Source: Antedon mediterranea (Eukaryota > Animalia > Echinodermata). Taken from it: a stretch of 64,000 nt of DNA. Position numbers and translations under genes: made by a program. Below, piece after piece: positions 55,847 through 64,000 of the stretch (positions are counted from its first letter, which is position 1; each line of letters opens with the position of its first letter). Under the pieces are notes generated by a model. It was not told the DNA's origin, ran no database searches, and was given only the letters and a program-made list of their open reading frames with translations. The DNA is taken from contig NC_092671.1 in the NCBI RefSeq assembly GCF_964355755.1, forward strand, positions 24,998,070-25,062,069, in the 5' to 3' direction.

Positions 55847-58800
55847 TTATTTAAGCCGATGACGTGAGCTTTTCGAAACAGTTTCACTTTGTGACTGCTT
55901 GGCATCTTTTAAAGAAAATAATCTCTTTTTTGGAGATTGATTTCGTGTTTCATTTTTAAAGTTAGTGTTTGAACCTTCTTCAATATCTTTTGAATTTCCC
56001 GTAAAAGCTCTTTTAGAAGAAAATATTCTCTTTTTTGAAGCTTTATTTAGTGTTTCATTTTTACAAGTAGTACCTTCATTTCTTAATTTTGTTTTAGAAA
56101 TTTGTTGACGATCTTTTGAAACATCTCCTTCAGTGTCTCTAGAATTCTCCGACGAACTTCTTTTTGACGGATGTCTATTTAATTGCCTTTTCTTTAAAGC
56201 AACTGTATGTCTGTCTTTTAATTTGCCACACTCATCGGTGTTATTGCATATAACTTCGTTATTCACAACGATGTTCTCAATTGCTGTTACTTCTTCTTCC
56301 CATTCGATGTCAAAACCTAATTCCTCATCGCGAGCTTGATCAACTCCAGTCTGAATTTCGTGAGTATTTGCTCTTTCATTATCCTCATTCCTTTTTTTTA
56401 ATGTCTTATGTTTCTTTTTCTTCGTAAACAATCGTTTAAAGAATCCGAATGGTGTTTTCTTGTCATTGTTATTGACTGTCGTGGATTTCGAATTACTTTG
56501 AATGGAATCCACAGATTTTTGTTGAGATAGTTCCTCTAATTCATTATCTTCATATTCACTTGAATCCTCTGAATGTGCCACTTTAGTACCAGTAGCTCCT
56601 TCAATTTGAGCTCTAGCAGGTTTTTCCAATATCTCCTCTTTGTAAGTATCTTTAATGTTGTAATCACATGTCTCATCGTTTCCTGATAGCGACAATAATT
56701 CATCTGCAGTATTTGTTGTAAATGAGGAATTCGAAGATTGATTATCGACACTGGTGGTTGACGCAGGAGTATACAATGCATCAAAGAACGCCTGGCATAT
56801 AGTAAAAGAACCTGAATTTTCTTTTTGGTTTTCTTCAAGTTTTTCATGTTTCGTAATTGCAGAGAGTGGTGCTGTTTCTTGAGACTCTTGCGATTCTCCA
56901 TATTTATTTAAGGTTTGATATTGTCCATCAAATGAACTCTCTTCTATATTATTTATTGATAAACCTTCGAAGTATTTAACCCGCTCTTTTGTTGGTGTTT
57001 CTGGGCTTGTAACAGCAACCTCATGCTTTGGAAGTGGTCGGAAATCTTTGAATTTTTCCCACACGTAAATTTTAGTGCTGATGCATGCAGGTTCTACGTC
57101 TCCTCCCGTTCGGAACTCATCTGTACCAATTAGCTCCTCTTTATTTACATTGGACGAAGTTGCCTCTGTGTTGACCCCGTCGTGTGTCATAATTCCACCT
57201 CCAGTCTCTAATTTTAATTTTGTTGAGGAGACTAGTTGATGACTTATAACATCCTCAACTGGAGTGACATTTTCTGATGTTTGCAAAAGAGTGTCTTTCA
57301 TCGGACATCCTAATCCAACAATTGAATCCTCACCAGAAGTCGTGTAGTGATCGTTTTTTACAAGATGTATCCTCTCATCAAGTTTACATATATATTTTTT
57401 GCAGCAATTGCAAGTTGTAGTTAGCCTTTTAATAGTACTTCTTTCGTGTCTCGTATTCCTATGTTTCTTAGAATGTGCTTGTGTTGGTACCTTTACAGTG
57501 CCATCACATGAAATATAGTCATTTGTGTTTAATATGTCGTCATACAATTCAGTAGGTGGGTGTGCAACAGGAGAAACGACGCCGTAATCTCCACCAACGT
57601 CTTGAACCGCATGTTTGATAGATAAAAGTTTACCTTTCATAAATTTTAAACTGTTAAATGTGATATCAGACAAACTTAACCCAGAGTCATTCATGGGTAT
57701 ACCTGGTGGTAGTGATGGGACGTTTAAATCTGTGGCATTGCTTACTGTTTTCTCCGTACGTATATCATATTCTCCAATACTTCGTAGTTCATCAGATTCT
57801 ACTTCCCTGGTTTCATTCATGTGATACTCTAGCGTATAATCACAATTGTCTGGTAATGTATTAACTAAACTGGTATCAATAATTGTGGTTGCAGATTCGA
57901 TTTCTTCTCTTGTGTCCTTTTCTAAATCATGAATTTCAACTTGGGTGTAATATTCTTTCTCTGGAGCATAATTATCAATGTTAATTTCTTCTAACTTTGG
58001 CGAGGAAGGAAGAAGTTTATCTGTTGATGGAAGTGATTGAACGTTTAAATCATATTCTCCAATACTTGTTGAATAGAATTCTTCAGATTCTTTTTCCAAG
58101 ATGTTATCTTTTATATCATGACTTCCAACTGGCATGTGATACTCCGCCGTAAAATCGTCATTGTCTTTTAATGTCAATGTATTAATTAAATCGGTATCAA
58201 TAGGCCTACTTGATGGTGTTGATTCAACTTCTTCGCATTCTCCTGTGTCACTTTCAAAATCTGAATGAATCTCAACTGGGGTGTACTTTTGTTTGTCCAA
58301 GGCATAATTATCAATGTCACTTTCTTTCAACTTTGACGAGGAAGGAATAAGTTCATTTGTTGATGAGAGTGATTGTACATTCAAATCATATTCTCCAATA
58401 CTTGTTGAATAGAATTCTTCAGATTCTATTCCCGCGATATCATTGTTTATATCATGAATTTCAGCTGGAGTGTTATACTCTAATGTTAATTTATTATTTA
58501 CATTGGTATCAAGAATCGTTGATGTTGATTCCATTTCTTCATATACTACTTCAGGAATGTTATTTTCAACTGGAGTGTAATATTCATTATCCGAAGTATA
58601 TTTATTGTAATCTGCAATGTGTATTGATTGAATCGCATTATTTATTATAACAGTAACAGTTATTCTTGCAATTGAGTTTAGCAACACGTCCAACACAATC
58701 TTTTTAGCAATTGTTGTAAAACCTTCTGATGGCTTAATATGTGTTTGTTCGGTAATACATTGAGTTTCAGTGACCACGTCAGGTTTTTGATCCCAGAGTA

Positions 58801-60481
58801 TCTCGTCTTCTATGTTAAATGTAAGTTGGGTCATGTGATTATTACAGGCTACATCATCACCTGACATATTAACATTCGATGTGAGTTCCTTATTGACAAT
58901 AAAATGCGAAGCGTCTTGTGTGACTCTGTTTACAAGCATGGGAGCTTGTGTCGACTGCATGAGTTTTCTTAAGAACGCTTTGGAACTTAGGTCAGGCTGT
59001 GTTGACGTCTCTATAATTAATTTCAAACTTCGGATATATTGGCTACACTCTTCGCAGTCACCACACTGAAGTGGATCAATATCTGTATTTTCTTTTTGCT
59101 TATTAGATAAGTGTTTGCTACAAGAATTCGTAAACATTTTTCTTCTTCGAGGAGATGTTGATTTTCCCGGTGTGTCATTCTTTTTATATGGGTACCAGCT
59201 CCATTGTCTGCTTATATTCAAGTAAGGATATACATCTGTTTTGTGTTCTTGGTTCATGGTAACGGTAGATTTCCATTTATTATCCATCGGATTATAATCT
59301 CCATACGTATCAATCCTTATTTCATGTCCATCATCATACGCATTGCAGCATCGTTCTTCAAGCTCAACGCTGGAATTTGATTGAACCTCTACATCCTCTA
59401 GTTTCCGTGTGGTACTGTATTCGAATGATCGACTTGCAATTGTCGTATAGGTGTTATCCTCTAAAAGACCACCATATTCATCCTCTTCATCTGAATCTAA
59501 CTTCGAATGGCAATCTTGCCAGCTCAAAATAGACTCTTGAGAACTTGTACTTACTTCTGTACGTTCCTTATTGACCAGGGTATGATATGTCATAGAAATA
59601 TCATCTTGACATTGATCTGGATCAAGGACCCTTGTATCTGAACACGATTTAGAATTACAAGTGTAGTTTGATAGATGATCAATCTGCCTGCCCAATAAGT
59701 TTTTATCCAGTTGTTTATGATCTGAGTAAACTCCATTCACTTTGTAAATACTTTGAAGTTGCGAAGGGTTAAAAGCAACTCCAACAGAACAAACACCACC
59801 ATCTAATTGCGCATTTGAGTGCGCAAGCGTAACGTAGTGCTGTGCATCAGCTTCTTGAGGATAAACACCATTTTTTGCTCTCATTAACATACTCGGTGTG
59901 AGTGTAATATCCCCAAGTTCCTTAGAGGACACACTGGGTAAAGCTGGTGTTAACACATCATACTCTGTAGCGGTTTGATAACAATTGTTGGTAGAATTAT
60001 GGTTGTTTTTTGTTTTCATTTTTTCAATGTCTGTTAATTCTGCAGATGAAGTATTTGTGCTTTCTGCGGGCAATGAGCTTATTTGCACCTGTGGATTTAG
60101 ACTATTGACTTTAGAATCATAATCCAATATCTGGCTAACCGTGCCATGATCATCAGCTATTGAACAAGTCAAAGGGATGTTATCTGACGAAAGTACTCTT
60201 GTCTGTTGTCGGAGTTTATTGGAAGTTTGATGATTATCGTTAATAGTATCGGATAATGTATTCAGTTTTGCTTGGTCCCTGTCCGCATGGTTAGGCTTAA
60301 CGTTTCCTGAAAAACTAATGCAATGTTTCTCTACAGTGTTACACGTTGATTGATAACTTGGTTTATGCGATGGTTCTGGATGTGAAGAGGAATGTAAAAA
60401 TTGGTTATTCGAAGAACTGGTATGTTCTTTTTTCATTGGATATGGATCTTCATTGTCAGGCAACCCATCTTCTTGGTCCAT
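55847..60481 (-). CDS. Uncharacterised 1544-aa, mostly disordered acidic protein in one giant exon; candidate AKAP-like scaffold
   Basis: 4.6 kb without a stop in strongly AT-rich, mostly non-repetitive DNA. Acceptor ttgcttttttacAG ends at 60483, followed by A then ATG at 60481. The TTG start at 60496 in the ORF track is intronic. No transposon domains recognised. Confidence 0.85.
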   Translation of the reverse strand: MDQEDGLPDNEDPYPMKKEHTSSSNNQFLHSSSHPEPSHKPSYQSTCNTVEKHCISFSGNVKPNHADRDQAKLNTLSDTINDNHQTSNKLRQQTRVLSSDNIPLTCSIADDHGTVSQILDYDSKVNSLNPQVQISSLPAESTNTSSAELTDIEKMKTKNNHNSTNNCYQTATEYDVLTPALPSVSSKELGDITLTPSMLMRAKNGVYPQEADAQHYVTLAHSNAQLDGGVCSVGVAFNPSQLQSIYKVNGVYSDHKQLDKNLLGRQIDHLSNYTCNSKSCSDTRVLDPDQCQDDISMTYHTLVNKERTEVSTSSQESILSWQDCHSKLDSDEEDEYGGLLEDNTYTTIASRSFEYSTTRKLEDVEVQSNSSVELEERCCNAYDDGHEIRIDTYGDYNPMDNKWKSTVTMNQEHKTDVYPYLNISRQWSWYPYKKNDTPGKSTSPRRRKMFTNSCSKHLSNKQKENTDIDPLQCGDCEECSQYIRSLKLIIETSTQPDLSSKAFLRKLMQSTQAPMLVNRVTQDASHFIVNKELTSNVNMSGDDVACNNHMTQLTFNIEDEILWDQKPDVVTETQCITEQTHIKPSEGFTTIAKKIVLDVLLNSIARITVTVIINNAIQSIHIADYNKYTSDNEYYTPVENNIPEVVYEEMESTSTILDTNVNNKLTLEYNTPAEIHDINNDIAGIESEEFYSTSIGEYDLNVQSLSSTNELIPSSSKLKESDIDNYALDKQKYTPVEIHSDFESDTGECEEVESTPSSRPIDTDLINTLTLKDNDDFTAEYHMPVGSHDIKDNILEKESEEFYSTSIGEYDLNVQSLPSTDKLLPSSPKLEEINIDNYAPEKEYYTQVEIHDLEKDTREEIESATTIIDTSLVNTLPDNCDYTLEYHMNETREVESDELRSIGEYDIRTEKTVSNATDLNVPSLPPGIPMNDSGLSLSDITFNSLKFMKGKLLSIKHAVQDVGGDYGVVSPVAHPPTELYDDILNTNDYISCDGTVKVPTQAHSKKHRNTRHERSTIKRLTTTCNCCKKYICKLDERIHLVKNDHYTTSGEDSIVGLGCPMKDTLLQTSENVTPVEDVISHQLVSSTKLKLETGGGIMTHDGVNTEATSSNVNKEELIGTDEFRTGGDVEPACISTKIYVWEKFKDFRPLPKHEVAVTSPETPTKERVKYFEGLSINNIEESSFDGQYQTLNKYGESQESQETAPLSAITKHEKLEENQKENSGSFTICQAFFDALYTPASTTSVDNQSSNSSFTTNTADELLSLSGNDETCDYNIKDTYKEEILEKPARAQIEGATGTKVAHSEDSSEYEDNELEELSQQKSVDSIQSNSKSTTVNNNDKKTPFGFFKRLFTKKKKHKTLKKRNEDNERANTHEIQTGVDQARDEELGFDIEWEEEVTAIENIVVNNEVICNNTDECGKLKDRHTVALKKRQLNRHPSKRSSSENSRDTEGDVSKDRQQISKTKLRNEGTTCKNETLNKASKKRIFSSKRAFTGNSKDIEEGSNTNFKNETRNQSPKKRLFSLKDAKQSQSETVSKSSRHRLK

Positions 60482-60893
60482 TCTGTAAAAAAGCAAAACC
60501 CATTTAAAAAATTAAATCTTCACGATTGTAAAGCAATAATAATTGATAAAGAAAAGAAAGATGTTTATATATAAATGTATATTATTTTAATGTGTCACAA
60601 CGAATTTGTTCCTTAACATTTCAAATGACAGTGAAAGGTTAATTTTACATCTTTTGTAAGAACAACCATGGCTAAAATGCATTAAAAAAAATATGTGTGG
60701 TGTCAGTATAAACATGGATTAATAAAGGTATACCTTGCAAGCAAACGAGCTAGTGCTTCCACCATTGCTTTGTAGGACGTGTCTTGTTCTATCCCTAAGT
60801 GAGAAAGTATTAATACAGATTACGGTAAGATTTGGGAAGGTACGGATTTGGACTTTTTTTACGGTGTCTTGTGAATCCTGAAGAAGAAGCCTA

Positions 60894-61054
60894 AAGTTGG
60901 TTCCCACTACAGACGGAACGCAAGGACGTAGATGCAACGCAAGCGGGTTGACCAATTACGAGCGACTGTTCGAAAAATCCATCGCTTGTGATTGGTTAAA
61001 TCACTGGTACGTTGCGTTACGTCACTGCGTTGCATCTCTAGTGGGAACCAATCT
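60894..61054. mobile_element. ~160-bp palindromic MITE; truncated copy at ~377-500
   Basis: TIRs TTGGTTCCCACTA and TAGTGGGAACCAA; GCAAGGACGTAGA.GCAACGCAAGCG is shared with 400-428. Confidence 0.85.
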
Positions 61055-61442
61055 TTATACTCATAGGCTACGCCGTAAGTTGATTTTCCACTAGGCGAAT
61101 TCGCCTAGTGGAAAATCGGCTTAAAAGTAGCTACGGTCGTGCCTAAAGGCTCAGTTGACTAATTATTAATTCAATAATTTTTCTTTATTTCCAGCTTGCC
61201 TATCCTAATAATTACTCATGTTTCGCCTAGGCTAGTTAGGGCCTAGGCCTAGGCCTAAATAAATTTGCTAACATTATTGCACATTCTAGGTTACATATGT
61301 GAATCGCTTTTCCCCCAACCTCTTAGGCCTAGGCCTGGGCTGGGCTGCTAAGTAGGCTAGGAGGCCACCGTCTTATTTTATTCTAAATATTCATTTACAA
61401 GATGCATTCTAAATCGAAACAAAATCAATATAATAGGCTTAC

Positions 61443-61700
61443 CCGTCATCTTGATGTTGTGTAGGCTATAATATACTACCACTACACATCAGCGATATAG
61501 ATCTTAGTTACCATTTTTTTCTTTTACAAAAGATTGTATATCGGGTATCCTTTTGCATGCTTTTTGACTTAATTCAAAAATAAAGTTTTACACAGTGCGT
61601 GAATTGCGGGTATTCGATTTTACGCACGCCCAGCGTACGCGCAAAACTAAAGAACAAAAAAGAGTATAATATAACGCCGATAGCATGCACGGCGATTTTA
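61443..61700 (-). promoter_or_regulatory. Probable first exon and promoter of the giant-exon gene
   Basis: Minus-strand donor ACGG|GTAAGC with the exon ending at 61443, and a CpG-rich patch at ~61595-61695. An ATG at 61449 would be out of frame after splicing (a uORF). Confidence 0.5.
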
Positions 61701-61959
61701 TATTATAAATATCTTAAAACCTCGAACTGCTAGTTAATTGTACATTTTTTCGGTTATAAACCTAAACTGTAAATCGTTTTATTTAAACAAGTGAATCTTT
61801 TCCGGATTTCAATTCAGTCATTTTTTAAGTCATTCCACAGACAATTGTTTTCTTTCACTTCACCCTTAATACTTTTGAAAATCGTTTTCAAATAACGAGT
61901 ACTGTAGTTTTATTCTTAGAAGGGGCGAATGCTGAAAAATCTAAATATAATGGGAGTCG

Positions 61960-63430
61960 AAATTCTACAATAAAAACTATTTAAGGGGATTTGTAATTGC
62001 CAAGAACTACAAAGTCTTCAAGAAAAACAGTAACCATACGATCCAGAAGGAAAAGTTTAAAGTACACTTTGATTTTTATTATGCAGGCCCATTTGTGTCA
62101 TTCAGTATCCCTAATGAGCCAGAAGACCCTAAAAGTTGTCCACAGTTTTTCAATGATGAAGTCTGTATACAATCAATGAGGATCCACCATCTAGAAAAGA
62201 ACTAGAAGAGGTTATAACGTCTTTCAAAAAATGGAGGGACAGATAACATCAAGTCAAGTAAAGTAGGTCTACATTACAAGTGAACGCCTGTTTGAATTCC
62301 ATCATATGCTTATAAGTGTCATTTGGACAATAGGTCCCTAGCTCCTGGCAAGATTACTTGTATTTTTAAGAAGGAGAATGTCAGTGAAGCCACGAATTAC
62401 AGATGGATATCAATTGGATCAAATCTCAGCAGAATTCTATCCAAGATTATCACATGGAGATTAAAAGAGGCAAATTAAAGTCTTGTCAGTGAGAACCAGT
62501 TTGGATTTCGCAGCAATAGATCAACTGCTGATACTATATTTATAACCAGAAAGGTTCAATTATTGCTACCTATATTGATCTCACGGTTGCATAATATAAT
62601 CACATACCTCAGTAAACATAGTTTCACTTCTAAAAGCTATGTACGGTGGAACAACAACATGCATCAGTGGGATGAAATCTTTTTTTCAAATTTTAAAGTC
62701 AAAGTCGGATGCAGACAAGGCGACCAGGAATCGCCTTACCTTTTAAATTTTAAAATTGCTGCATCGAAATTGATAAGGAATTTTCAGATTGATAGCTACA
62801 GTATTGAATTTCATTATAATATTCCAGATGGATGCACAAACAGAGAACAGAGAAAAAAGCTAAGCAGAATTGATTGGAAAAAATGAAATGGATCTTTTTG
62901 CAGATGACCTTGCGTTATTCTCAAAAAGTGGCATGGGTTGAATGTCTCCCTGAAACGAAAACAACATCTAGCAGATAAAATCTGCTTAAATAAATGGAGA
63001 GGATATTGAAAATGTAAGAGATGTTGTTTATTTGGGGCATACTATCACAAATAGAGATTATGACTGCTTCACTGATCATAGAACCTCACGTGCTAAAAGA
63101 AGTTTTAAAAGATCATAAATGTATGTATAAGGACTAGAAAGTTTCAGAGGCCTGTCCAGACTGAGAATGAAGAGGTTAGTTTTATGTTGGTACAAAATAT
63201 TGAGACAATTGGTCAAGAGAGGGTTTGATAGGGCAAGAAATGAGGCCGACCAACTAGATGAGGATAACTACAGACTTTTTTTTTTATTTATTAGAAATTC
63301 GACACAATCGCAATACAAATACATCAATATTCATAGAGAAAAATGATGTACATAGACAATGGAACAATAATAATAACAACCACCATGTTAATGGTGTGTC
63401 TAGAGAGAATAATGGCATGATAGCCGACAC
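61960..63430 (+). mobile_element. Decayed LINE reverse transcriptase region
   Basis: Frameshifted RT motifs in the expected order: NYRWISI (~62395), ENQFGFRSNRSTAD (~62490), VGCRQGDQESP (~62704), FADDL (~62897), YLG (~63030). Confidence 0.8.
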
Positions 63431-64000
63431 AAAAGTGAATTCTCTCTAAACCACTAACATGCAATAAGAAAACAGAGTACATTCATTCAAAACATTTTTG
63501 TCTCAAATATATTTGTATATTGAAACAAAATGATATGTGAAATTGTTAGAGCATCGCCATTTAAAGATTATATCAGTCAGTAAATCCGATATATTGGTCA
63601 TATCTGTAGAGGACCGAATACGTAAATTACAAAAAAGGATGTTGTTTGCTGTCCCAACAAGACGGTACTATCGTGATCAGTTCTTACGTTAAATGAATGA
63701 ATGAAATTCTACAAATGTGTAAATCGTTTTCTTTAACAACATTAACTGATTAATTAACAGGAAAATAATAAAGTAGGTGCAGAATATGGATGAATATGGT
63801 ATAATCCTTAGGCGAATGTAAATGTTAAGTACGATTTCAAATAGCGCGAAGAATTCGTTGCGCAATTTGAATCTGCACAGCATTGTTTAATTGGAAATTG
63901 CGCAATTTTAATACAATTTTATTCTTTCCTTCCTGCATTGTTTATAAATTTATACGGGTTTATATGAGCTTTATTAAAATATGGATCGGACGTTCTCGCT

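Noticed and set aside
56133-59069. Short ORFs overlapping or antisense to the giant ORF
   Set aside because: Shadow frames of a real coding sequence, with no independent signals.
60482-60496. ORF-track start MLFYR for the 1549-aa ORF
   Set aside because: This is the polypyrimidine tract and acceptor; the first exonic ATG is at 60481.

Overview
AT-rich animal genomic DNA, probably an invertebrate deuterostome (spliceosomal introns, a Deu/Nin-type SINE, dense MITEs). I reconstructed three protein-coding genes by hand. (1) The last six coding exons of ULK4 (+, 988-9894). (2) A complete FRS2/FRS3-family FGFR adaptor (+, coding exons 46883-50549), with a probable non-coding first exon near 13.9 kb and a ~33 kb intron. 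(3) An uncharacterised gene on the minus strand, convergent with FRS2, whose 1544-aa CDS lies in one 4.6-kb exon (60481-55847). That protein looks disordered but carries AKAP-like amphipathic helices, FFAT-like motifs in ~112-aa repeats and gravin-like polybasic patches. The rest is repeats: five tandem arrays, a Sola2-type transposon with ~510-bp TIRs interrupted by a SINE, Helentron/DINE-like elements (one carrying two tRNA-Val-like units), Harbinger- and Kolobok-like MITEs, and LINE fragments. All family assignments come from recalled motifs; no database search was run.
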